Shown here: one piece after another, positions 25,949-38,081 of the stretch | Layout: each line of letters begins with the position of its first letter | Position numbering within the stretch: position 1 is the first letter of the stretch | DNA from: Lytechinus pictus | Taxonomy: Eukaryota | Direction: 5' to 3' | Length of the DNA: 64,000 nt | NCBI RefSeq assembly: GCF_037042905.1 | Contig: NC_087245.1 | Location: forward strand, 12,154,001 to 12,218,000 | Made by a program: the position numbers and the translations under genes | The notes under the pieces: model-generated | Seen by the model: the letters and a program-made list of their open reading frames with translations, nothing else | Told to the model about the DNA's origin: nothing | Database searches by the model: none

Positions 25949-26531
25949 AGGAGAATGAAACCCTTGAAACCAGCTGGATCCATATCAAAGAGAAAATCAA
26001 AGAAACATATTGTTGAAAGTTTGAGGAAGATTGAATGAATAATAAGAAAGTTATGAGCATTTGAATATTGAGATCACTAATGCCATGTAGATCCTCCCAT
26101 TGGCAATGCGACCAAGATATGTGATGTCACACACGTACAACTCCCTCATTACTTTAGTACTTATTTCACTTATATTCTCACTTTTATAGAGTCTATCACA
26201 AGGTGAGGTGTTCTCTTTATGAGAGGACAAGTACAAAGGTTTCACAACATTATATCATTGATGAATCGTTTGTCATATGATTAGAATGAGCAAAAAGAGA
26301 TGTTTTGGGGTATATTTTCAGCGTCCTAAAGGGGAGAGTTGTTCATCGGTGACATCATAGTTCTTGGTCGCATTGCCAATGTGCGGATCTCCATAGCATT
26401 AGTGATCTCGACATTCAAATGCTCATAACTATTCTATTGCTAGTCCTATTTTACTCAAACTTTTGTTGATCTTATTCTTTGATTTCTCTGCTTTCCCAAA
26501 AGCTAACTTGCTCCAAGAGTTTCATTCTCCT
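25949..26531. mobile_element. Kolobok/T2-like MITE, TTAA TSD
   Basis: ttaa|aggagaatgaaac ... gtttcattctcct|ttaa; extended inverted symmetry. Confidence 0.9.
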
Positions 26532-26795
26532 TTAAGAAAGAGGAAACTAGTTGACCATCAAGCGCGTCGAAAAGGAGAATCGATAGATTAAAAGACAGTG
26601 GACGTGGATTCAAGGGTTGGGGAACAACCGAATTCGCCCTCCCCCGACCTCAATCCACTTTCATTTGCCCCCCCCCCCACCGGCTCTGATAAAAAAATCC
26701 TGGATAATATCTACACATACTGCATCTCTCATATCATTAGTGGGCTGACATGATATATATATATATATGTATATATAATGTATGATATATATGTA

Positions 26796-26893
26796 TAATA
26801 ATAATAATAGTATTCCGCATTTATATAGCGCTTAATACATCGGAACGACGTCTCTAAACGCTTTACAGACATATCATTACCCCGGTCATCGGA
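26796..26893 (-). mobile_element. 3' end of a SINE/L2-tail retroelement
   Basis: (ATA)n tail + 'atttatatagcgcttaatacatcggaacgac..ttaccccggtcatcg'; a longer copy lies at 38082-38320. Confidence 0.6.
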
Positions 26894-27881
26894 GTGGGGG
26901 GGGGGGGATATGGTACTGTACATGCCACCCCCCCCCCCCCCCCCATCTCCGAAAAGTGTGGGGGATATCATTACACCCGTGTTTGTGATGCTGTGTCAGA
27001 ACTGCTGACAAAATGCAGCCAGTCAAGGAATTTTCAAATCATATTTAAAGAAAAATTGGAACATTTCTTTTTGCTGTCCCCTGTAAAAGTGAGCAAAATG
27101 TCTGCTAATATTATACGACCATCAGAGGCAGCGTAAAGTAAAAGAATATTTCCTTTTGTAATGCGCCTGTCTGCAATTAGGCAATTAGTCGGGAATCTTT
27201 TTCTACAATCTGCAAGAAAATATGAAACAACATATTTTATCATTGCGGGATCAATGTCCATGGTCCATGGTCAGAGGGTCAGAGGGTCAGAGTGTTGGTA
27301 TTGGGGATCAGGGACGGATGTATCTAATCAGAATGGCTCCTGCTTGGACTCTTTCGAAAAGAAGAAAGAAACTAAAAAACACACACTTGCAGGATACTGT
27401 TATTGTAAAAATTACCACTTGTCGGGCCACTTGTTCACTGCAACCACCTTGCCTGTAGGTAATCTACATGGAGATCGATATGCAGCAGTATACAATACAC
27501 ATTTTTAAAAAGAAATCATTAAAATACCATCTTTGTTACCAAAAACATTAATTTTCATACAGTTGCAATTTATGTTTTATTAGTATTAAAATACCACCTT
27601 AGTTACCAAAAACATTAATTTCCATACAGTTGCAATTTATGTTTTATTAGTAACCCGGGGATCATTTTTGTATTCACCAGAGCGCTCAAAAACTGTTTTT
27701 GTGTAGGCCCTCTAGTGGTGCAAAGTAAAATTTCTAGAAAATTGTCATTTTTCAATCTATATTTTTTATTTAGAAAAAATAATTAAAAGAATTCAATTTT
27801 CTTATGAGCCAAGCTATATGAAGCATAGTTGTAATGGAAACTGACAGTGTCTAAAAAGCAAGCATTTGTCCCAAAGATTAA

Positions 27882-28430
27882 AGGGATGGTCCAGGCTGAA
27901 AATATTTATATCTTGATACATAGAGTAGAATTCACTGAGCAAAATGCAGAAAATGTCATCAAAATCGGATAACAAATAATAAAGTTATTGAAGTTTAAAG
28001 TTTAGCAATATTTTGTGAAAACAGTTGTCATGAATATTCATTAGGTGGGCTGATGATGTCACATCCCCACTTTCCGTTTTCTTATTTTTTTCACTATTTC
28101 ATACTTGTGTGAATAATATGTCTCTCTTATAAGTAAAGTAATAAGTTGCAGCAATAAATATCTAATGCACTAAATCAGTTGTCAATCCAATTTTTCTAGT
28201 TCTTGGAGGAAAAAATTTGAATAAATAATTTCATATAATAAAATACAAAAGAACAAGTGGGGATGTGACGTCATCAGCCCACCTAATGAATATTCATGAC
28301 GACTGTTTTCACAAAATCTTGCTTAACTTTAAAATTCAATCATCCGATTTTGATGAAATTTTCGGCATTTTTCTCAGTGAATTCTACTCTATTTATTGAG
28401 CCATAAATACTTTCAGCCCGGACCATCCCT
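27882..28430. mobile_element. Kolobok/T2-like MITE, TTAA TSD
   Basis: ttaa|agggatggtccaggctgaaa ... tttcagcccggaccatccct|ttaa. Confidence 0.9.
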
Positions 28431-28695
28431 TTAAGAACAGGAGAAAATGAGCCAAACATGGTCAACCTTATTTCCCCACACAGGGAGTAGTAATGTCAGA
28501 GAACAAGGTTATATCATATAATGACATCGTTCATTGAAAGAGTGGAAAGTACTTACATCTTTCAAATCCTTTCTTTCAAACAGGACAACAAATTGAGTCT
28601 AGCTGGGATTCGTCTCGCACAGGCCTGTACGGTGAACATAAGGCAAAGGGTATAAAGGCACTTCTGTAACCTGTGAAATACTGTCAAGTACTCAC

Positions 28696-28786
28696 ACGTA
28701 GTCATGCACATCGTCATCAAACTTTTCCAACTGTTCGTCTGATCAAGGAGATATTTATCTCCTTGGTCTGATGCGGTCGTCATCAT
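28696..28786 (-). pseudogene. Candidate first coding exon of the SLC17-like gene, apparently frameshifted
   Basis: MMTTASDQGDKYLL in one frame, SDEQLEKFDDDVHDY(V) in another. The second frame ends in phase 2 at a gtgagt donor (28695), which joins the 8048 exon in frame. Confidence 0.35.
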
Positions 28787-30693
28787 GATAGGTTTTTGTG
28801 TGTGTGTGGGGGGGGGGGGTGTATTGATTCCGTTAACTGTATTGGATTCCGTTAACTGTTGTGATATTTTGACATCAATTACACCAGATCACGCAGGTGT
28901 ACTGCTTCAATTACGTAACTTTGTAAATGCTCCAGACTTTGGAAATTCTTATTGGAAATTCAATAACAGTTTGTGCGTAGATCAAGAATTTGTTAGGATG
29001 TTTAAAGATAAAGTAGTTGAATTAAAAGCAGAATGGATTCCAAAAATAAAGGACAAATTACTGTTATTGGGATTTTTTGAAAATGAAAATGAGACAGTTT
29101 ATTAATACCTATACAAAAGAAAAGGCAAAGGTCAGAAAAAATGAAATTAAAAAAAATAGAGAAAGAAATAGAAGAATTAGAAAATAAACTTTTGTCTCAG
29201 CCATTGAGAAATATAATTGATGACATTGATGAGAAAAAATCTAATTTGAACAAGTTATATGATTATAGTCGACAAGGTTTAAAAATTCGGTCAAGGGCAG
29301 TTTGGTTTGAGGAAGGGGAACAAAAAACACAATATTTTGAACAGTTATTAAAGTCTAATAAACGGAAAAGTGTGATAAAAGAATTATATGATGACGATGA
29401 TCACATCATTAAGGATAGAAAGGAAATATTGAAGAAGATTGGAACGTATTATGAAAACTTATACTCATTGAGTGAAGCTATTGTTAATGAAAATTCTTTG
29501 TTCCTTAAGGATATTCCTCAATTAAGTAACGAAAGTTGTAATATATGTGAAGGTAGAATAAGTATTCATGAATAGAATGTTTAAATGTTTTAAAAGAAAT
29601 GAAATATAATAAATCCCCTGGTAACGATGGTTTTACGGTAGAGTTTTATTATACTTTTTGGAATTTATTAGGGGGACTTTTGGTAGATGTTTTAAATGAA
29701 ACATATGAAAGGGGAAAACTGACAACCTCACAAAAGCAAGGTGTGATAACGTTATTGGAAAAAAAAGATAAAGATCCATTATATGTCCAAAATTTTAGAC
29801 CAATTACACTTTTAAATGTGGATTACAAAATATTGTCAATAGGTTTTAGCAAAAAGATTAAAAGGTATACTAAATGAGATAATTCACAATGATCAAGTTG
29901 GCTATGTAAAATATAGAAACATTGGGGATGGTGTAAGATTAATAGATGATATGTTATATCAATCTAATTTCAAAAATATTGGATATTTAATCACTGTTGA
30001 TTTTTAAAAGGCCTTTGATTTTGTTTCACATGATTTTCTTTTTAAGATCCTTAAACTATTTGGATTTGGGCACTCATTCTGTTCGTGGGTCCGTGTTTTA
30101 TACTCGGATATTACTAGTAGTGTTATGAATGGGGGGTTTTCTTCCGGTTATTTTAATATAAAGCGAGGGGTAAGACAGGGGGATCCCCTCTCCCCATATT
30201 TGTTTCTGCTCTGTATTGAAATACTTGCTCTGGCAATAAGGAAAGACAGACAGGTTGAAGGAATTCAATTTCAGAACCGTGAAATAAAGCAAATTTTGTA
30301 TGCTGATGATATATCATTGTTTGTTAAAAATACACACTCTTTAGATCGTCTTCAATACCTTTTGGAAGAATTCGAGAAAATTAGTGGTCTAAAAATAAAC
30401 AAAGGAAAAACTAATATTTTGTGGATGGGTCGGGATAATGACAGACCTCAGACACAGTTGTTTGGGAATTTTGTTCAGCATATTAAAATTTTAGGTGTTT
30501 ACTTTTCTCTTAATGTTATAATAAAAGAAGACATGAATTACAAAGAAATACTTAGTAAAATAAAAAGACTGTTGGGATGGTGGAAACAAAGGGATCTCAC
30601 ACTTATGGGGAAAATTCACTTGTTAAAAACATATGCATTGTCAAGGCTAAACTTTGTTTCGTCACTAATAGTGGTTCCTCAGTGGTTGTATGC

Positions 30694-30985
30694 CAGGGGC
30701 GGATCCAGCTTTTTATAAAGGGGGGGGGGGTTGGGGTGGTATGCGAGGGAGCGTAGCGACCGAGTCCAAGCGAGCGAGGGGGGAGGGTGTGGGAGGGGGG
30801 TGTCCCCCCTCCCACAGTAGGGAAAATTTTTGAAAATCTGTGTGTGAAAATTGCGTTTTCTTGCATAAAATAGAATAAAATAAAATTACAAGTTTTAAAA
30901 AAAAGATAAGATTTAAAAAAATGGTCCCCGGATTTTTTTTGGGGGGGTTGCAACCCCCCCAACCCCCCCTCTAGATCCGCTTCTG
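30694..30985. mobile_element. 292-bp CAG-terminal MITE inserted in Tx1 ORF2
   Basis: TIR caggggcggatccag / ctagatccgcttctg; tatgc duplicated (30689-30693, 30986-30990); removing it restores WLYAEVEKITFEFLWSGKDRIKR. Confidence 0.9.
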
Positions 30986-32265
30986 TATGCTGAGGTTGAA
31001 AAGATCACATTTGAATTTTTATGGTCCGGAAAAGATCGGATAAAGAGAATTATAATGTACCAGGATTACTCACAAGGGGGTTTAAAAATGATGAATTTTA
31101 AGTTGTTTGTAAAGTCTTAACGTTTAATGTGGCTTAAACGATTACTTTACGGAGAACGAGATGCAGGATGGAAGTTGTATTTTGATTTTTGTTTTCGATC
31201 AGTTGGGGGGAGATTTCTGTTTCTATGTGACTTTGACACTTCAAAATTAAATATAAAAATGCCCCCATTTTATTCAGAAATGATGAAGGCTTGGCAAGAC
31301 TTAAGGAGATTTCGTTATTCTGAAGAGGAGGTTAACCCTATTATATTCAATAATCAACATATTTGTATAAAAGGTAAAACGATTTTTGACAATGATCTTT
31401 TTAATAAAGGAATATTTAGCGTTGATCAAATCTTTGATAATGGCCACTTGAAGCCTGTGACTTTTTTTCAAAATCTCGGTATGACCGCAAATCAACTTCT
31501 CAAAATAATAGATATTGTGCACGTTATACCAGCAAGCTGGAAAAATTTTAATAGTTTAATAAAGTTTAAAAAAATTGATTTGGTAGACTTTGGGATAAGT
31601 ATGAATATTGGAAAATAGGAAACAGCTTTTGAAGTAATTAAATAAAAAAAAAATTATAACTTGTTTATTACTAAGCTACAAGAGCTATACAAGTTAACAC
31701 TTAAGGATGGTCACAGTGATTTTGATTTTACTGATGTAGAAATATGTAAATTATTTGAATATATCAGGAGCACAACTCTTATAAGAAAACAAAGGGAATT
31801 TCAGTTTATGCTTTTACATGGAGCAATATATACAAAAGAACATTTGATGAGATTTGGTTTTGTGGGAGATAATTATTGTTCGTTTGGTTGTACAAAAACT
31901 GAATCGTACTTTCATATACTCATGGATTGCATAAAAGTTCAACCTCTTTGGCAATTTTGTATTGATAATTTTTGTTTAGCTGAATTAAGAACTTTGAATT
32001 GGAGGGAAATATTCTTAGGATTACCTGGAAATTCTTGTAGAATTAAATGTGTCAATTCTGTTATTCTTTTTATTAAATATGCAATTTTTATTTCCAGAGC
32101 TGAAGGCCGGGTACCGTCATTTATTAAAATACACAAATATATAATGGGTTGTATAGAAGAAGAAAGACGCCTGGCAACGAAGTCAGGCAAGTTAAGTTTA
32201 CATTTACAGAAATGGGATGTACTGAAGGTGAAAAGGGATTTGAATGTGAACAGATGGGATGTGTC

Positions 32266-32511
32266 CACTAGCGTACCTACGGGGGGGGGGGGCAGGGGGG
32301 CACTCTGCCCCCCCTGACGAGTCACAACCCATGCAAAAACGTATCTTTGCCCCCCCCTGACTGGCTTGAAAAACCTTTTTTTGCCCCCCCTGACGAGCTT
32401 TAAGACCTTTAATGCCCCCCTGACGAGCTTGAAGACCTTTTTTTTTTTTTTTTTTTTTTTTGGCTTGTCAATTTTTTTTCTGGAACGAAATCCTTTATTT
32501 GTGATCGAAGA

Positions 32512-32548
<37 letters not shown>

Positions 32549-32610
32549 TGTCAAATTTTTTGGCGGACGGTTTTGCCCCCCCCCTGTGGAAAATCCTAGG
32601 TATGCCACTG
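32266..32610. mobile_element. hAT-like MITE, 8-bp TSD, inserted near the end of Tx1 ORF2
   Basis: TSD gatgtgtc (32258-32265, 32611-32618); ends cactagcgtaccta / taggtatgccactg. Confidence 0.9.
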
Positions 32611-33661
32611 GATGTGTCTAGTGTGGTGCGAGTGTGAATGTTGATGTTTTTTCTTTGTACTAGTTCTTTTCAATTTCCCCTTCTCTTGTATCAATATGAT
32701 TTGCAGGGTTTTTTTTTTCTTTCTGTATCCTATTGCGCCAAAATGTTAAACGTTCATTATGCAGATTTGTATATATGTTTGTTTACGTATGCGTGGTATG
32801 TGCATGTGTGTATGGGTGTTAAGGTGGGTGTGTGTATGTGTGTATAATCGTGTAAAGTTATGTTGAAGCTTGATTTAAAATGGGATGCAATGATAATACA
32901 TTTAGGTTGTTTTCCTGCAAATCATTTATATAGCCATTTAATATTAATTATTATTGAAATACATAGAGGGTTGGGGACTCAGTTAAGTTATTTTTTTCAG
33001 ATATAAAAGTATAATTTTAAGGAGTTTCATTCCGTCCTTATTTGCTTCAGTTCTTGGTAAATATATATGTACTTTTTTGCATATCCTTGTTGATATGAAA
33101 TGAAGATTTGTATTTTTTTTTTGGTATTTATCTGCAGTTTATGTAATTCATTTGAAAGAAATCCTTAATAAAAACATATTGAAAAAAAAAATGTGAGAGG
33201 GCACTGCATGTGTGTGTGTGTGTGTGTGAATGCGAGACACTGATCCACCTGCTTCACAGTTGCGGGCTTCTCTATCCAAATCCGATTACGTAACCACTCT
33301 GCTCAATAGGTCCTATATGGGCGATTTTATACGTACGGGAAATTTGTGTACCAGCTAAATTTGCGAACTAAATTTGGCGCGATAGACCCGGGGATGGACC
33401 TCTGTGCGCAGGGGGGGGGGGGGCATAGACAAATACCCCGGGGGGGGCCACTTCCATTGACGAGTGGATACCATGCGCGACCATGGGGTCTCGAAAAGCA
33501 CCCTAAACACGTATTTTCCATATTCTGAAAATGCACCCCTTAACAAGTATTGGCGTCTGAAACCCTACCCTTAACAAGTATTGGAAACAAAACGATACTC
33601 TTAGCAAGTATATTCCCTGAAATGAACCCCTAAACAAGTACAGCGATTTTTTTATTGTTAT

Positions 33662-35944
33662 AAGATAACTATTTCCAATGAATTCAATTCCTATTTTACA
33701 AATGTCGCAGCTACGTTGGTAGATAAACTTCCATCTTGCAAAGACATTTTCAGTGCAGACAGTGAAAACATTCGTAAATTTTATGAAAAAAAGGGTAATA
33801 AGCCAAGATAAATTTGAATTATTACCTGTTAGTGATCAATTCATTTTTAATGAGTTGCGTAAATTAAATGTATCAAAAAGCACTGGGTTAGATTTGATAC
33901 CTGCTAAATTTCTAAAAGAAGGAGCAAAGAGTTTGTACAAACCATTAAATTTCTTAATAAATCTATATATCTTTACTAGCACTTTCCCAGAGGATATGAA
34001 AATTGCAAAAGTAACTCCTATTCATAAGAAGAAAGATAAAACTGCTATTGAAAACTATAGACCTATCAGTGTTTTAAGCATAGTATCCAAAATTCTAGAA
34101 AAGGCGGTATGTGTTCAGATCGAAAAATATTTTAAAGAAAATGATATGATTTACGAATATCAGTCAGGTTTTCGACATGACTATTCGACTGAGACATGCC
34201 TTATTCACTTGACTGATTATCTGAGAACTAATATGTCTAAGGGACAATTCGTTGGGATGGTACTCCTAGATCTTCAAAAAGCATTTGATACAGTTAATCA
34301 CGGCATCTTATTGAAAAAATTACAAATAATGGGTTTTAACCAGGCTACTGTAGCATGGTTCAAATCCTACTTGTCGAATCGACATCAAGTAGTGGCTATT
34401 CGCGATATTTGTTCCAAAATTATGCCTATAACGTGTGGAGTTCCACAGGGAAGTATTTTAGGCCCAATCCTATTTTCAACTTATATCAATGACATGTCTA
34501 TTTGTTTAAAAGCTGACTGTAAATTATTATTGTATGCAGATGATAGCGTACTACTTTGTTCAAATGCCAACCCAAAATTTGTTGAGGAAAAACTTAGCGA
34601 ACAGCTGTCTACATGTGTCGATTGGATGACTGATAATAGATTATCGTTACACTTAGGCAAAACCGAAAGCATTCTGTTTTGTTCTAAAAGTAATCATAAA
34701 ACTTCATTTGAATTTGAAGTATCATACAATAATAAGATAATTCATAGGAAAGAATCTGTAAAGTATTTAGGCATTGAGTTGACTAGCTCCCTTTCATTTT
34801 CATCTTTAGTAGAATCAATCGTAAAAAGGGCGAATGCCCGTTTGAAATTTTTGTACAGGTATCAAAGTTGTATGGATCAAAAAGCAAGGCGTATTCTCTG
34901 TTTTGCTCTTATTCAGAGTTTATTTGACTATGCCAACCCTGCTTGGTTTAGTGGCATAAGCGAACTCGATAAAAAGAAGTTGAAAATTATACAGAATAAA
35001 ATGGTTAGATTCATTAGCTGTTCTGGTCCCAGAACCCATGTTGGCTACACCGAACTCTCTGGAGCAGGTTTTCTTGAAGTCAACAAAAGATCAAAACAGC
35101 TTATTTTGCACCACGTGCATAAAATCTATCACAATAGATCGAATCATTACATTGGATCAAACTTTAATCTAGTTACCGAAATACATAACTATAATACAAG
35201 AAACAGCCATTTCAATTTTTGCTTACCAGAAAGGGTAGGTAGTATTGGTAACTCATTTTATTACAATGCTATAAAACATTGGAATTCCCTTCCCAATGAT
35301 ATAAAGGAAATAGGAAACTTTTTGCATTTTAAGAGGAAATTGAAAGAATATCTTTCACTTGAGAGTCAAAAAGAAGATGCAAATGATATGTTGTACGGTT
35401 GATTTAGCCTGAATACTGACCTAGTTCTTTTCTCTTCTCTACTAGGTATTATTATGTATTTTACATAGTTTGATTGAAGCTTCGATATGTCCTTTCTTCT
35501 ATTCTTTCTATTTCTTTTATTTCTTCCTATTCTCCTCTTCTTGTTGTTATTGTCGTCACGTTTATGCTGTTGTTGTTCTCCTTATTTATTTCCCTTCGTT
35601 ATCAGTTTCTTCCGTCTCCTTCTACTCCTCGTCCCCTCTCTTCTTCTGTTCCTCCTCTTCCTTCTCCTTCTTTTCTTCTTCTTCTTCGTTATATTCTTGT
35701 ATATATCTTATTTATTGTCTATATATCTTATTTATTGGTAATAGTAAATTCTGATTTTTTTCTTCATTTTTAATATGTAAATAGTATAATTTTAACATTT
35801 TATTATCTTATTTCTGTATATTGAGGACCCCACTGGAAATAAGCTTTCGAGCTTTCGTGGGTCATCCTGTGCAAGCCTGTTGTTTTAATGCTACTGTATA
35901 TATGTTATGGTGACTTGCCAAATAAAATCAATCAATCAATCAAT
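33662..35944 (+). mobile_element. 5'-truncated L2/Crack/Daphne-like LINE with (TCAA)n tail
   Basis: Interrupts host sequence ttgttat|gtcacggg; pyrimidine-rich 3' UTR with a stem-loop-like segment; ends aataaaa(tcaa)4. Confidence 0.9.
33753..35402 (+). CDS. LINE ORF2 reverse transcriptase domain, uninterrupted 549 aa
   Basis: KSTGLDLIP, NYRPISVLS, YQSGFR, LDLQKAFDTVNH, GVPQGSILGP, YADD, KYLG, HNYNTR, WNSLP; one frameshift near 33797 joins upstream NEFNSYFTNV. Confidence 0.9.
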   Translation: MQTVKTFVNFMKKRVISQDKFELLPVSDQFIFNELRKLNVSKSTGLDLIPAKFLKEGAKSLYKPLNFLINLYIFTSTFPEDMKIAKVTPIHKKKDKTAIENYRPISVLSIVSKILEKAVCVQIEKYFKENDMIYEYQSGFRHDYSTETCLIHLTDYLRTNMSKGQFVGMVLLDLQKAFDTVNHGILLKKLQIMGFNQATVAWFKSYLSNRHQVVAIRDICSKIMPITCGVPQGSILGPILFSTYINDMSICLKADCKLLLYADDSVLLCSNANPKFVEEKLSEQLSTCVDWMTDNRLSLHLGKTESILFCSKSNHKTSFEFEVSYNNKIIHRKESVKYLGIELTSSLSFSSLVESIVKRANARLKFLYRYQSCMDQKARRILCFALIQSLFDYANPAWFSGISELDKKKLKIIQNKMVRFISCSGPRTHVGYTELSGAGFLEVNKRSKQLILHHVHKIYHNRSNHYIGSNFNLVTEIHNYNTRNSHFNFCLPERVGSIGNSFYYNAIKHWNSLPNDIKEIGNFLHFKRKLKEYLSLESQKEDANDMLYG

Positions 35945-36775
35945 ATGTCACGGGTCCGTCGGTCGTCGGTTTTACCTTTACACACCATTTGGTTGAGTAC
36001 GGCCCCACCTTCCACACCTCGCGCAAATCGAACCCTAAACACGTAGTGTTGGGGCAAAAAGGACATCCTTTTTAAAACATTTTAATTTTGTTTTATCATC
36101 TCCGCAAATTTGACCCTAAACACGTAGCTTTCCTAGCGAAATAGATACCCTTTTTTCATTATTTTTGTGTTTTAGACACCCTTATCACGTTACGTACGTA
36201 ACGTGCCCTATCTTGAAAAAGACATCCTTTTTACGTGTTTTTTTGGTCGCGCATGGTATCCACTCGTCAACGTAAGTGGCCCCCCCGGGACAAATACCAA
36301 CGTGGCGTATCGTGGGTCATGGCATGGGGCACCAGCTAAAATTTTGTGTCACTTGGGCGCGCCAAGCGTGCTTAATAGTCAGGAATTTTGATGTAATAAA
36401 GACATTTCAAGGAGTGTGCCATTAAAATGATATGTACTGTTTGTCACCGATCGAAGAGCGCGAAGCGTGAGCTGAAAATTTTGTATATATTTTTTACCCC
36501 CATAACTGAGACATTTTAAGGACTACTTTTTTAGGAATTCATGAAAAACATACATATCTCACATCTAATGCAAGCGCCAAGCGGGTGCTTTTTTTTAATT
36601 ACACCTAAAAACATGAGGTCATGGTAATCATATGAATATGGTACGTATCTCTGTAATTTAATATTGCGAGCGCGAAGCGCGAGCTGAATTTTTTTACATT
36701 ACAGACCGGAAGATGGGCATTCTAAGGCTTTTTTTATAGGAATTCATTAAGACCATACACAGTTTCAAAAAAATA

Positions 36776-36939
36776 TACAACGCTGTTTACTATATGAACC
36801 TTACATTAGTTGTTTAAACAAGTGTTTAAATCTTAAGCAACAAAGTTTAATTTTCAATATCTAATCTTCAATAAATTAAACATGATTGTTTAAACTGTTA
36901 AACAAATACTGTAAGGTTCTTGTAGTAAACAGCGTTGTA
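36776..36939. mobile_element. Small TA-flanked palindromic MITE
   Basis: ta|tacaacgctgtttacta..gaaccttaca ... tgtaaggttc..tagtaaacagcgttgta|ta. Confidence 0.75.
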
Positions 36940-38081
36940 TAAAATCTTAAACATGAAAAAGATGTTACTACATAAAATACTAAGAGCTCGAAGTGCGAGA
37001 AAATATATTTGGTGTATATTGACTTGAAAACGGGAGGTTTTAGTGCCATTTAATCCCTTTGAACAGGATTATTTATCTCATTAATCAGACAATATGCGAG
37101 CACCAGGGGTAATGAACACATAGACCCTGAGCAAAATAAGTTTCATTAAGTTATGAAAAAAAAAATTATGAAATATGATATAGACATTTTTGTGTGTTTT
37201 GCCAACTGCGCAAACTTGTTGACTTGGCATCATGAATTTGCCAACTGCAGATGGCTGAACATCATGAACATGAGTTGCCAGTCTTGTGTTCTATTCTTTT
37301 CAGATCTGAATTTAGCCTACTGGGCAGTAATTGTACAGCACTTACCGACTGGTAGAGCCTATAGTGTTTTGCCATAATTTGCCAACCATACTATATCAAA
37401 CTTTGGAAATTCACCCCACCCCATCTTTACCTAGTCCTGCCTCTCCTTATTTTGCAAAACTAGTGTGTAGGTCAAATCGTCAATAACTATGGTATAATTT
37501 GAAGTTTTTTTTTTCTTACTTTGGATTTTATTACTCCATCTTTTTCTTTCTTTCTTTTTGTCTTTTTTCTCTTTCTTTCTCTCTTTTTCCTTTTCTCCTC
37601 TATCCTCCATTTTGCTAAATGTTACATGAATTAGCCGAATGCCATGAATGTTGGGGGGGGGGGGGTCATACCAACAGGCTGAAAAGTGTTGTGAAAATTG
37701 CTGATTTTTTAGCATGGAATCGCCCTTTAGACTTCTGGGCCAAATAACTTCAAGCACCAGAATATTTCCACATTACGTATACATACAAGCCCGAGACAAG
37801 CAAATGCTCAAAAGATACTGCCTGAAGATTTGTTATTAAAGATAAATTAAGATTCTTGGTTTTTGCTAACATTGTTTACGAGTTTTCAAATTGAGCTCAG
37901 GCTGCTCAGTGGAAGCCATATAGGGAGGGGGGGGGGAGAGGAGACCCAGACGGTAATGACCCTCGTACACTTTCCCCCAATATAATCACAGGAAGAAGAA
38001 TAACATGGGAAAGAAACCAGTTGTTGAAAGAATATGAAAGCTAAGACTTTGTCATGTAAGTAAGTATATACATGTATCAAA

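Larger units (their letters stand above)
28820..33191 (+). mobile_element. 5'-truncated Tx1/L1-clade LINE ORF2 (end of endonuclease, RT, C-terminal zinc knuckle), disrupted
   Basis: TPDH, YWKFNNSL, IRSRAVWFEEGE, KSPGNDGFTVEFY, FRPITLLNVDYKI, GVRQGDPLSPYLF, YADD, CSFGC..ESYFHILMDC..V..LW; AATAAA + poly(A) ending 33191; several stops/frameshifts and two MITE insertions. Confidence 0.95.
33437..36289. mobile_element. Unclassified TIR element (CCCGGGGGGG ends, 8-bp TSD) carrying a nested LINE
   Basis: ~45-bp TIR cccggggggggccactt..ttgacgagtggataccatgcgcgacca and its reverse complement; TSD acaaatac (33429-33436, 36290-36297); internal accctaaac repeats. Confidence 0.85.

Noticed and set aside
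28559..28671. Extra minus-strand exon (tttcacag ... gtaagt)
   Set aside because: Good splice-like ends but no recognisable coding content, and only 24 nt from the preceding donor, too short for an intron.
30721..30810. G-quadruplex-forming G-runs as an independent system
   Set aside because: G/C homopolymer runs occur next to the ends of most hAT-like MITEs here and are explained by those elements; run lengths are also error-prone in assemblies.
35470..35773. Three overlapping hydrophobic ORFs
   Set aside because: Pyrimidine-rich LINE 3' UTR with low complexity.
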